Shown in pieces: positions 1 to 8,744 of a stretch of 64,000 nucleotides of DNA (position 1 is the first letter of the stretch; each line of letters opens with the position of its first letter). The translations under genes were made by a program, and so were the position numbers. The notes under the pieces were generated by a model that was not told where the DNA came from, did not search any database, and was given only the letters and a program-made list of their open reading frames with translations. Source of the DNA: an uncultured Chloroflexia bacterium (GTDB lineage: Bacteria; Chloroflexota; Limnocylindria; Limnocylindrales; CSP1-4); contig CAVPPB010000002.1 of NCBI GenBank assembly GCA_963707215.1, forward strand, positions 128,001 to 192,000, in the 5' to 3' direction.

Positions 1-563
1 CGCGCCAGTCGAACGTAGAAGGGTCGTCCGCCATCGAGGGAGATGGTCGGCACGCCGAAGATCGCGTACTCGCTGCGGGCGTCGGTCCAGTCATCGGCCA
101 GCCGACGTCGTGCCCGGGCGACCGCGTCCGGATCGGCGAGGGCGGACTCGAGGGCGAGCCGACCCAGCCCGGCGCCGGCGGCGATGGCGAGGAGGGATTC
201 CATGTCGGCGATGTCGCGCCGCTCGTCGTGGCGGGCGGCGTAGATCGCCAGGCGGAGGCGGCGGATCGCGTCGGCGTCGGCGAGCTCCGCGGCGACCAGC
301 GTGAGGAGGTAGGCGGCCAGCGGACGCCGATCCTGTCGCCCGCGATCGTGCTGGTAGTCGAGCGGCTGCTCCCAGAGCCGCCACGTGTCCGCGTCTGCGT
401 CGCGGTTGACCTGCTCCAGCGGGAAGCAGCGGTAGGCGACGTCGACAACGCCGCCGAGACCGTCGAGCCAGGCGGTCGCCCGGTAGCTGTACGGGCACTG
501 GTAGTCGTACCAGAGGGTCGCCTCGATCGGGAGAGGGGCGAGCGCTCCAGCGGCGTCGGTCAT
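1..563 (-). CDS. DsbA/thioredoxin-fold protein (runs off window start)
   Basis: Hand translation from ATG at 563: MTDAAGALAPLPIEATLWYDYQCPYSYR...IFGVPT; DxxCPYS and GVPT cis-Pro motifs; absent from ORF track because no stop lies in the window. Confidence 0.8.
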   Translation of the reverse strand, partial: MTDAAGALAPLPIEATLWYDYQCPYSYRATAWLDGLGGVVDVAYRCFPLEQVNRDADADTWRLWEQPLDYQHDRGRQDRRPLAAYLLTLVAAELADADAIRRLRLAIYAARHDERRDIADMESLLAIAAGAGLGRLALESALADPDAVARARRRLADDWTDARSEYAIFGVPTISLDGGRPFYVRLA

Positions 564-614
564 GGTCGTGGGTCTTGCCTCAACGATCGGGGCGACGGTC
601 AGTGTCCGCCATCG

Positions 615-1196
615 TCACGAGGGCGTGCCGTCGCCGCCGTCGCCGCCGGCTCGGCCCGCCGCCTCGACCTCGGCCTCGACCTCGGCCTCCACCTCCGCGC
701 GGGCGAACGCCGCGTCCTCGACGACGCTCTCGATCGCGTCCTCCAGGTCGCCCCGGGTCGTGATCTCGATGCCCCCGAACACGGCCGTCGCATCGACGAC
801 CAGACGGGGGCCGGGGCCGTCGCCCAGCGTCCGGTCCGTGTCGTCGGTCACCCCGCCCAGGATCGGCCGCCCGTGGACCTCGACCGCCCAGTCCTCCGGC
901 ACGACGATCCGTGCGCCCCCGAAGATCGCCATCGCCCGGAGGTAGGCACCGCCGGGGTCGAGCTCCGCCTCGCGCAGATCGAGGTCCAGGCCGCCGTACC
1001 AGGCGATCGCATCGCCACCCCGGAAGGCGGTCGCCCGGCTGGCCCCCTGCACGCCGTCGAAGATGGCATACAGCTTCAGCTCGTCCGACGACTCGTCGCT
1101 CTCGCCGACGAGGTTGCGTCGGGCCACTGCGGCCACAACGGGCGGGATGACCAGCGCCGCGAGCGCTGCCAGCCCGATCACCCTCCGGATCCCCAT
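615..1196 (-). CDS. LiaF-like (cell-wall-active antibiotic response) domain membrane protein
   Basis: N-terminal hydrophobic helix; FRGGDAIAWYGGLDLDLREA...AIFGGARIVVPEDWAV...AVFGGIEI pattern; start placed at MGIRR. Confidence 0.7.
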   Translation of the reverse strand: MGIRRVIGLAALAALVIPPVVAAVARRNLVGESDESSDELKLYAIFDGVQGASRATAFRGGDAIAWYGGLDLDLREAELDPGGAYLRAMAIFGGARIVVPEDWAVEVHGRPILGGVTDDTDRTLGDGPGPRLVVDATAVFGGIEITTRGDLEDAIESVVEDAAFARAEVEAEVEAEVEAAGRAGGDGGDGTPS

Positions 1197-1326
1197 GGTC
1201 GTCACCTCCGCGGCAGGCTGCCGCCGTCGTCCGTGTCCGCGAACCGTAGCCCGGAACGGCCTCCTTGGTCGAGAGCCGCTCGGCCATGCTGCACGCGCGC
1301 CCCATCCACCGTGAGAAGGAGCCAGG

Positions 1327-2766
1327 ATGCCACCGCTCGCCGCCGGACAACGCTGGACCCGCCTGACCCCGGCCGACTGCGAGCGGATCGATGCCGCCGC
1401 CCTCGCCATCCTGGAACGGACCGGCATCCGCTTCCTCGACGAGGAAGCGGTCGGGATGCTTCGGAAGGCCGGCGCGTCGGTCGCCGACGACGGGACGACC
1501 GTGCGGATCCCGGCCCGGCTCGTCGAGTGGGCGCGATCCGTCGCCCCGTCCTCGTTCGGCATGTACGACCGGCTGGGCCGACCGGCCTGGACCTGGGGCG
1601 GCGACGAGGTCGTCTTCGGGCCCGGCTCCGATTGCCTGAACGTGATCGACCACCGGACCGGCGAGCGTCGGCGGCCGGTGCTCGCCGACGTGGCGGAGGG
1701 CATCTCGCTCGTCGACGCGCTCGACGGGATGGGCTTCGCCATGTCGATGTTCCTGCCGTCGGACGTCGACCAGCGGATCGCCGACCGCTACCAGATGGCC
1801 GTCATGCTGGAGCGGACCACCAAGCCGATCGTCCTCGTCACCTACGAGGTCGACGGGCTGCTCGACGCCCTCGACATGGCCGAGGTGGTCGCCGGGGGCG
1901 CCGACGCCCTTCGCGAGCGTCCCTTCCTGGCCTGCTACATCAACGTGACCCGGGGGCTCCTGGCGGGCGGCGACTCGGTCCGGAAGCTGTTCACCCTGGT
2001 CGACCGGGGCGTCCCAGCGCTGTGGATCCCGGTGACCTCGGGCGGCACCACCGGCCCGGTGACCTCGGCCGGGAACGTGGCCGTCAACACGGCCGGCGTC
2101 CTGGCCGGCGTCGTCCTCGCCCAGCTCCGTCGCGAGGGAGCCCCGATCGTCATCCCGGGGTTCGGCGGCGACGCTCTGGATCTCCGGACCATGGTCGACC
2201 CCTACGCCGAACCCGACCATCGCGGGATGGCCGAGGCGATGGCTCACCACTACGGGTTGCCGATGTTCAGCCTCGCCGCCGGTGGTGAGGCCAAGGTCCC
2301 GGACCAGCAGGCGGCGATGGAGGCATCGCTGACCCTCCTGGTCGACGCGCTCGCCCGCGGCAACGTCATCCACGACTGCGGGTACCTGGAATCCGGCCTG
2401 ACCGGCTCGCTCGCCCAGCTGGTCATCTGCGACGAGATCGTGGCCTGGATCCGCCGGGCCATCGCGCCGATCCGGATCGACGACGAGACCCTGGCCCTGG
2501 ACCTCGTCGACGAGCGCGGCATCGACGGCTCCTTCCTGGAGGCCGACCACACCCTGGCCCACTACCGCGAGCGCTGGTACCCCGACCTCGTCGAGCGGTT
2601 CAACTACGAGGCCTGGCAGTCGCGGGGCGGGCTGACGATGGCCGAGCGGGCGAGTGCCCGGGCCGACGCGCTCCTGGCCGCCCAGCGACCGGTCCCCCTC
2701 GAGCCCGCTGCCCAGGAGACGATCGACGCGGTCATCGCCCGGGCAATGGCCCGCCTGGGAGCCTGA
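1327..2766 (+). CDS. Trimethylamine methyltransferase (MttB) superfamily protein, non-pyrrolysine, copy 1
   Basis: 479 aa; ILERTGIRF, SGGTTGPVTSAG, DLRT, DQQAAME, HDCGYLESG, ETLALDLV, FLEADHT motifs; AGGAG RBS; no internal TAG. Confidence 0.9.
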   Translation: MPPLAAGQRWTRLTPADCERIDAAALAILERTGIRFLDEEAVGMLRKAGASVADDGTTVRIPARLVEWARSVAPSSFGMYDRLGRPAWTWGGDEVVFGPGSDCLNVIDHRTGERRRPVLADVAEGISLVDALDGMGFAMSMFLPSDVDQRIADRYQMAVMLERTTKPIVLVTYEVDGLLDALDMAEVVAGGADALRERPFLACYINVTRGLLAGGDSVRKLFTLVDRGVPALWIPVTSGGTTGPVTSAGNVAVNTAGVLAGVVLAQLRREGAPIVIPGFGGDALDLRTMVDPYAEPDHRGMAEAMAHHYGLPMFSLAAGGEAKVPDQQAAMEASLTLLVDALARGNVIHDCGYLESGLTGSLAQLVICDEIVAWIRRAIAPIRIDDETLALDLVDERGIDGSFLEADHTLAHYRERWYPDLVERFNYEAWQSRGGLTMAERASARADALLAAQRPVPLEPAAQETIDAVIARAMARLGA

Positions 2767-2805
2767 CGCTCGCCTGGGAGCCTGACGCTCGCTGGGTGCC
2801 TGACG
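2752..2805 (+). repeat. Short tandem repeat (19 bp x2 plus a degenerate third copy) spanning the MttB1 stop codon
   Basis: cgcctgggagcctgacgct at 2752 and 2771, then cgctgggtgcctgacg at 2790. Confidence 0.75.
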
Positions 2806-2893
2806 GGGATCTGGACTACACTCGCAGCGCACCGCACCCCAAGTGGCCGTACCTGGCCCCAGGCGCGTGCTCGTCCCGCCGGAGGACTCTTCC

Positions 2894-3319
2894 ATGCGAG
2901 CCACCCCCTTGATCGCGCTCCTTGCGCTCCTTGCGCTGGGGGTCGCCGCCTGCAGCGCGGCGGCGACGCCGACGCCCTCCCCGGTCTGTGCCGCTCTCGA
3001 CGACCTGCAGGCCTCGGTCGACGCCGTCGAGGAAGTGGATCCGCTCGACGAAGGGCTGCAGGGCTACCTCGATGCCGTCGTGGTCATCCGCGGCGAGGTC
3101 TCGGACCTGCGGTGCGCCGCGGGAGATCAGCTCAGCGGGCAGATCGATGCGTTGACGGGGGCGATCGACGACCTCCAGGGCACCCTCGACTCGCTCGGCT
3201 CGGGCAGCCTGGGCGGTGCCCTCCAGGAGATCGGCGGCCGCCTCTCGACTCTTGGTACGGCCCTGACCGACCTGCGGACCGAGGCCCGGACCGCGTTCGG
3301 GGAGTGCGCGGCCGAGTAG
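2894..3319 (+). CDS. Putative lipoprotein, helical
   Basis: GGAGG RBS; signal peptide MRATPLIALLALLALGVAA-C (lipobox) followed by amphipathic helices. Confidence 0.75.
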   Translation: MRATPLIALLALLALGVAACSAAATPTPSPVCAALDDLQASVDAVEEVDPLDEGLQGYLDAVVVIRGEVSDLRCAAGDQLSGQIDALTGAIDDLQGTLDSLGSGSLGGALQEIGGRLSTLGTALTDLRTEARTAFGECAAE

Positions 3320-3356
3320 GACGAGGGCGGGCTCGGCGACCGCGACGCGCTCTCGG

Positions 3357-4811
3357 CTAGTCAGGCAGGCCCGGGAGCTCGGTCAGCCCGTACGGCGCCG
3401 CCTCGAGACGGACCCGGTCGATCAGCTGTCGCTCCACGTCGGCGCTCGGACCGGGCCGCTCGTAGGCTGCCAGGAGCCCGTCGACCCGCAGCCGGGCCCG
3501 GCCGAACGCGTCGACTGCCCCGGCCCCAAGCCATGCGGCCAGCGACGCCCGGTCGATGACGTCCGATGGGAGGTGCTGCTCGCTCCGGAACAGCTTGCGC
3601 GTCTCGACGATCTCCAGGAACCGCCCATCCGGCCCGGCCGCCGCGAAGGACCCGGTGGCGAGCGTCTCGGTCGGCGTCCCGATCCCGCGGACCAGCCGCT
3701 GGGCGGCGGCGATGGCCTCGGCGTCGAGGACCAGCTTCTCCGGACTCTGGCAGCGCAGGAAGTCGAGCATCCCGGCGCCGCTGATGAGGTCGATCCCGGC
3801 CAGGGCGCCGACCATCACGGCCGCCCCGACTTCCATGCCCGCCTGGGCATCGACGACCTTGGCGTCACTCCCGCCGAGGTAGCCATGGGTCGGCAGGCCG
3901 AGCGACCGGCCGACCTGGACGTAGGCGGCGTCGATCATGGCCGTCTCGATCGCCCCGAGGGGCGTGGCCCCGCTGCGCATGTCGACGATCGCCGGAGCCC
4001 CGCCCCAGACGACCGGCGAGCCGGGTCGGGCGAGCTGGTGGATGGCGATGCCGCTGAGGCACTCCGCCGCATGCTGGACGACCGAGCCGATGAGGGTCAC
4101 CGGCGCCGCCGCTCCCGCCAGGGGCATCGAGACGAGCTCGGCCGGGACCCGCGCCCGGGCCAGCTCGATCAGGCTGCGGGCGCCCAGGTCGGACCAGGTC
4201 AGCGGCGGGGTGGGACAGACGTCGAAGACGGCCCGCGGTCGCTCGGCGAGGGCCTCGTGGCCGCCGGTGTCCATGGCCAGGAGGTCGATCATGACCCCGA
4301 GCGTGGGCGCTGCGAACGACCCGGTCACGACCGGCTTCGCGGAGTAGAGAAGGACGAGGAGGAGTCGGTACAGGTCGCCGATCTCGGGCGGCACGTCGTT
4401 GCAGACGATCGAGGTCGACTGGGCCTCGTACTGGGGGAGCCCTTCGGCGACCTTGACCACCCGGACCAGGTCCGCGGCCATCGAGTCGCGGTGCTCCAGC
4501 GTCTCGGGATCCAGGATGTGGATGCCCGACGACCCGGGGTCGAACTGGACGACGCCCTGTCCGTAGCGGACCGCCGGGCGGCCGGAGCGGTCGTACAGGT
4601 CGAACGACCGCGGGGCGGACGCCAGGGCGTCGCGCACGACGCTCGCCGGGATCCGGACGGTCGCCCCGTCGACCCGCGCCCCGGCGCCGGCCAGCAGCTC
4701 GACCGCCTCGGCGTCGTGGACCCGGACGCCGGGCTCCTCCAGCAGCTCGTATGCCTCGCCGAGCACGCGCTCGACGAGGGTCGGGTCCAGCAGCTCGAGG
4801 GTGGGTCGCAT
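3357..4811 (-). CDS. MttB superfamily methyltransferase, non-pyrrolysine, copy 2
   Basis: MRPTLELL...; AGAAAPVTLIGS, DMRSG, SDAKVVDAQAGME, ISGAGMLD motifs; GAGGAG RBS. Confidence 0.9.
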   Translation of the reverse strand: MRPTLELLDPTLVERVLGEAYELLEEPGVRVHDAEAVELLAGAGARVDGATVRIPASVVRDALASAPRSFDLYDRSGRPAVRYGQGVVQFDPGSSGIHILDPETLEHRDSMAADLVRVVKVAEGLPQYEAQSTSIVCNDVPPEIGDLYRLLLVLLYSAKPVVTGSFAAPTLGVMIDLLAMDTGGHEALAERPRAVFDVCPTPPLTWSDLGARSLIELARARVPAELVSMPLAGAAAPVTLIGSVVQHAAECLSGIAIHQLARPGSPVVWGGAPAIVDMRSGATPLGAIETAMIDAAYVQVGRSLGLPTHGYLGGSDAKVVDAQAGMEVGAAVMVGALAGIDLISGAGMLDFLRCQSPEKLVLDAEAIAAAQRLVRGIGTPTETLATGSFAAAGPDGRFLEIVETRKLFRSEQHLPSDVIDRASLAAWLGAGAVDAFGRARLRVDGLLAAYERPGPSADVERQLIDRVRLEAAPYGLTELPGLPD

Positions 4812-4876
4812 CGGTGTCTCCTCGGGGTGGGCGGTGGCAGTGGGACAGCGGATGGCGGCGTCGGGCCTCGGGCGGG

Positions 4877-6403
4877 TCAGCGGGCGCGCCCGGTCGCCTC
4901 GGCCGTCCGGTCGGCGGCGTCCAGCAGCCGACCCAGCTCGGCCTTGAGCCCGTCGTCGAGCGGATCGGGATGGTGCGTCTCCAGCAGCCCGATCGCCCGC
5001 TCGCGGGCGGTCCGGCGGGCCAGGTCCGGATCGGCCTCCCACTGGCTGATCGGACGCCGGTCGAGCAGGCGCGGCTGCCAGAGGCTCCGCATGTGCCGGC
5101 GGGTGTGCGGGTCGGTCAGGTAGTCGCCGCCCGGCCCGACCCGGCGGATCGCCTCGACGGCGAGGCTCTCGTCGTCGGTCGCGATGCCCCGGCGCATCGC
5201 CCGGACGATCCCGACGATCTCGGCGTCGAACATGAGCTGCTCGAAGCTGAACCGCCGGCTGCCGTCGAGCAGGCCGGCGCCCAGGAGCATGTCGGCCCGG
5301 CTGGCCGTGGCCGCCAGGGCCGAGATCGCGTTCTCGAGCCCGGCCTGCCAGTCGGTCGTCTTGGCCCCGGTCGCGAACGCCCCCATGGACAGGGGCACGC
5401 GGTAGCGGTCGGCCAGGGCGTTCGTCGCCGCCCCGAAGAGGAAGTCCTCGGGCCCGCCGCCGGTGTAGGCGCCGCTCCGCAGGTCCATCGCGGTCTGGGC
5501 GGCGGCGTAGTAGACGGGCGCGCCCGGATGGGCCAGCTGCACGAGCACCAGGGCGCTCAGGACCTCGGCGTTGCCGACGACCAGGGTGCCGGCGGGCGTC
5601 GCCGGGCCGCTGAACGCGCACGAGGCCATCGTCATGAAGCCGACCGGGATCCCCGCGGCGGCGCCGACGAGGGCCGCGTCCAGGGCGTGGCCGTCGTGGG
5701 CCAGCGGGCTGATCGTGCAGTGCATCAGCGAGAGGACCGGGCGGGCCCGCAGCGCGTCACGGCCGCCGGCGATCGCTGCCGCCAGCTCGACGGCCACCTC
5801 CGCCTCGGCCGCCGTCACGACGCTCTCGGTCTGGACGTGCTTCGTGGAGGCGCTCCAGATGGCGACCAGCTCGTGGAGGCTCCGGGTCGCGGCCGGGCGG
5901 TCCTGGGCGGAGACGGGCACCCAGTGGAAGGCGAGCTCATCGAGGGCATCGACGAGCCGGGCGATGGCGGCCACGTCCGCCAGCGACGAGCGGTGTGCCT
6001 CACCGGTCAGCGGGTCGAGGACCTCGATCCCGCAGCCGTCGGTCGCGACGTGGACGTGGCGACCGTCGAGCGGCAGGTCCAGCTCGGGATCGCGGGCCCC
6101 CAGGACGTACTCGGAGGGCGCCGTCGCGAGGGCGAGCTCGACGAGCGAAGCCGGGATCCGGACGACCTCGGTGGCCTCGTCGACCGTGGCCCCGTGATCG
6201 GCCAGGATCGCCCGCGCCCTGGCCGACGGGAAGCGGACGCCGACCGTCTCCAGGACCTCGAGTGTCGCGGCGTGGATCCGCTCGACGTCCTCGGCAGTGA
6301 GGACCTCGATGCGGACGCCGTCGCCGACGATCGGGTCGAGGCGTCCGCCCCCGGTCGGCTCGGCGCTGCTGGAACCTCGGTCGGCCACTGCGGTCGTGCT
6401 CAT
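4877..6403 (-). CDS. MttB superfamily methyltransferase, non-pyrrolysine, copy 3
   Basis: VERIHAATLEVLETVGVRF, SPL, SGPATPAGT, MDLRSG, DWQAGLE, GAGLLD, GPGGDYLTDPHT motifs. Confidence 0.9.
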   Translation of the reverse strand: MSTTAVADRGSSSAEPTGGGRLDPIVGDGVRIEVLTAEDVERIHAATLEVLETVGVRFPSARARAILADHGATVDEATEVVRIPASLVELALATAPSEYVLGARDPELDLPLDGRHVHVATDGCGIEVLDPLTGEAHRSSLADVAAIARLVDALDELAFHWVPVSAQDRPAATRSLHELVAIWSASTKHVQTESVVTAAEAEVAVELAAAIAGGRDALRARPVLSLMHCTISPLAHDGHALDAALVGAAAGIPVGFMTMASCAFSGPATPAGTLVVGNAEVLSALVLVQLAHPGAPVYYAAAQTAMDLRSGAYTGGGPEDFLFGAATNALADRYRVPLSMGAFATGAKTTDWQAGLENAISALAATASRADMLLGAGLLDGSRRFSFEQLMFDAEIVGIVRAMRRGIATDDESLAVEAIRRVGPGGDYLTDPHTRRHMRSLWQPRLLDRRPISQWEADPDLARRTARERAIGLLETHHPDPLDDGLKAELGRLLDAADRTAEATGRAR

Positions 6404-6584
6404 CCACCTGCCTCGCAACGAAGTCTCGAAGGACCCGGCACCACCAGGCGGGGCCGGGGAGCCCAGCCTGCCCCCGAGGTCCGCGAGGTCGGTAGGGCCG
6501 TCCGGCCATGCCGTCCGGCCCGAGGTCCGGGACGATGCCGCCATCCGGGCCCCGGAGCCGGGCGAAGGGGGATACGATGGATGA

Positions 6585-6606
6585 ACCGACCGACCGGTCG
6601 GTCGGT
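6585..6606. promoter_or_regulatory. Perfect 22-bp palindrome, probable TetR operator for the tetR-men operon
   Basis: ACCGACCGACC|GGTCGGTCGGT, about 20 bp upstream of the ATG at 6628, in the divergent mttB3/tetR interval. Confidence 0.7.
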
Positions 6607-6627
6607 CCGGATGCCGAGCGAGGATCG

Positions 6628-7299
6628 ATGGCCAGAGGCGAGCGCAGCGACCCGAGCGAGCAGAGCCGCGGCCGGCGGGAGCGCATCCTCGATGCCGCCT
6701 TCACGACCTTCGCCGGGCGCGGCTATCGGGACGCCTCGATGGACGACATCGCGGCCGCCGCCGAGACCTCGAAGGGCGGGGTCTACTTCCACTTTCCGAC
6801 CAAGGACTCGATCTTCCGCGAGCTCATGCGGACGACGGCGGACAAGCTGGTCGGCAAGGTCGAGCGTGCCGTCGCGATCGAGTCCGACCCGATCAGCCGG
6901 GCCGAGATCGCGCTCCAGACGGTCCTGGGGACCTTCGCCGGGCACCGGACGATGGCGCGCCTCCTCTTCCTCGACGTCGTCGGGGCCGGGCGGGTGTTCC
7001 AGGCCGAGGCCAACGGGCTCCACGAGCGCTTCGCCCGGCTGATCCAGGGCTACCTCGACGAGGCCGTCGAGGGCGGCGTCATCCCGCCGACCGACACGCG
7101 GGTGACGAGCATCGCCTGGTTCGGCGCCCTCAACGAGGTCGTCGGGCGCTGGCTCCTCGCCGACCACCCGGAGCGCCTCGAGGACGCCTACCCCGCGCTG
7201 CGGGCTGCCCTTCTCCGAAGCGTCGGGGTGCCCGAGGCGCGGATCGCCGAGCGGCCGGCGCCGACCGAGCCGAGCACCTTCCCGGAGCCCCCGGCATGA
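6628..7299 (+). CDS. TetR/AcrR family transcriptional regulator heading the men operon
   Basis: RERILDAAFTTFAGRGYRDASMDDIAAAAETSKGGVYFHFPTK HTH; stop overlaps menF start (ATGA); alternative start at 6577. Confidence 0.9.
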   Translation: MARGERSDPSEQSRGRRERILDAAFTTFAGRGYRDASMDDIAAAAETSKGGVYFHFPTKDSIFRELMRTTADKLVGKVERAVAIESDPISRAEIALQTVLGTFAGHRTMARLLFLDVVGAGRVFQAEANGLHERFARLIQGYLDEAVEGGVIPPTDTRVTSIAWFGALNEVVGRWLLADHPERLEDAYPALRAALLRSVGVPEARIAERPAPTEPSTFPEPPA

Positions 7300-8744
7300 C
7301 CGTCGTCGAGCGGGCTGACACGGCGGCCCTCCCAGGCGAGCTGGCGGCAGCGCTGCGGGCGCGGCTCGCATCGGCGTCATCACCCGCCGTCCGGGCGGCG
7401 ACGATCCCGATCGACGCGGTCGATCCGATCGGTCTCTACGCCGCCGCCGTCGAACTGGGCCTCGAGGCCGCCCTCTGGTTCCGCCCGGCCGACGACCTCG
7501 CGCTCGTCGGCATCGGTCGGGCATGGTCGGTCGACGCCGATGGCCCGGGCCGGTTCGCGGCGGCCGACGCGGCCTGGCGGGACCTCGTCGCATCCTCGGG
7601 TCTGCTCGATACTGGGGACGAAGCCTGGGAGCTTCCGAGCGGTGTCGGTCCGGTCCTGCTCGGCGGACTCGGCTTCACGGGCCGTCCCCCTGCCGAGGCC
7701 GACGCGTGGGCACCGTTCGGGGCCGCCTCCCTGGTCCTGCCAGAGCTCGTCGCTTCCCGCGTCGCCGACGGTCACTGGCTGACCGGGGCGGCGAGCGATC
7801 CGTCGACCGCCGCGGAGCTCGTCCGCCGCTGGGAGCGCCTCGCCGCCCGGGCCCGTGAGCTGACGCCGGCCCCAGGCGGGCTGGTGGCCCGGCCGGTCGT
7901 GGCGCCCCTGTCGATCGTCGGCGAGCAGCCCGGTGCCGACGCCTGGACCCGATCGGTCGGCCTCTTCGCCGGGGCGGTCGGCCGGGGTCGGCTGGACAAG
8001 GTCGTCCTGGCTCGACGAGTGGACCTGGTCGCCCCGATCGAGCTCGACGTGGTGAACGCGCTGCGGCGGCTGGCGGCCAGCGCTCCCGAGAGCACGGTCT
8101 TCGCCTTCCGACGCGGCGACCGGACCTTCCTGGGCGCCACCCCGGAGCGGCTGGTCCGGACCGCGGGACGAGCCTTCCGGACCGTCGCCATCGCCGGTTC
8201 GACGGGGCGCGGGTCCGATGCCGCAGAGGATGCCGCTCTTGCTGCCGAGCTGCTGGCCTCGGACAAGGAGCGCGAGGAGCACGAGGTGGTCGTCGCCTCG
8301 ATCCGCGAGCGCCTCGGCCCCGTGGCCGAGCGACTCGACATCCAGCCCGAGCCCGGCGTCCTGGTCCTCCGGCACGTCCAGCACCTTGTTACCGAGATCG
8401 AAGGCGTCCTGCGCGAGCGCGAGAGCCTCCTGGCCCTGGCCGAGCGGCTCCACCCCACCCCGGCCGTCGGCGGTGAGCCGCGCGACCTGGCGCTCGCCCT
8501 CATCGACGAGCACGAGGGCTTCGACCGTGGCTGGTACGCCGGCCCCATCGGCTGGCTCGGTGCCGACGGCGACGGCGAGCTCATGGTCGCGCTCCGGAGC
8601 GGACTCGTGGAACGGACCCGGGCCATCCTCTTCGCCGGCTGTGGGATCGTGGCCGACTCCGATGCCGGTCGCGAGTGGGAGGAGTCGCGGATGAAGCTCC
8701 GGGCCGTCGCCTCGGCCCTGGGCCGACCGGGAGATGAGCCGTGA
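7296..8744 (+). CDS. menF: Isochorismate synthase
   Basis: KVVLAR, GATPERL, AIAGS, KEREEH, HVQHL, LHPTPAVGG, RGWYAGPIGW, FAGCGIVADS; men operon context. Confidence 0.93.
   Translation: MTVVERADTAALPGELAAALRARLASASSPAVRAATIPIDAVDPIGLYAAAVELGLEAALWFRPADDLALVGIGRAWSVDADGPGRFAAADAAWRDLVASSGLLDTGDEAWELPSGVGPVLLGGLGFTGRPPAEADAWAPFGAASLVLPELVASRVADGHWLTGAASDPSTAAELVRRWERLAARARELTPAPGGLVARPVVAPLSIVGEQPGADAWTRSVGLFAGAVGRGRLDKVVLARRVDLVAPIELDVVNALRRLAASAPESTVFAFRRGDRTFLGATPERLVRTAGRAFRTVAIAGSTGRGSDAAEDAALAAELLASDKEREEHEVVVASIRERLGPVAERLDIQPEPGVLVLRHVQHLVTEIEGVLRERESLLALAERLHPTPAVGGEPRDLALALIDEHEGFDRGWYAGPIGWLGADGDGELMVALRSGLVERTRAILFAGCGIVADSDAGREWEESRMKLRAVASALGRPGDEP

Noticed and set aside
228-2904. 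Long overlapping ORFs (228..2288 +, 580..2904 -) and similar 500-1000 aa Arg/Gly/Pro-rich ORFs elsewhere (e.g. 20026..23031, 36355..39273, 46018..49164)
   Set aside because: Shadow frames expected in high-GC DNA; they overlap genes with clear family motifs and have none of their own.
1327-6403. Possible pyrrolysine (amber read-through) in the MttB genes
   Set aside because: All three ORFs are full-length without an internal TAG, and no pyl genes are in the window.
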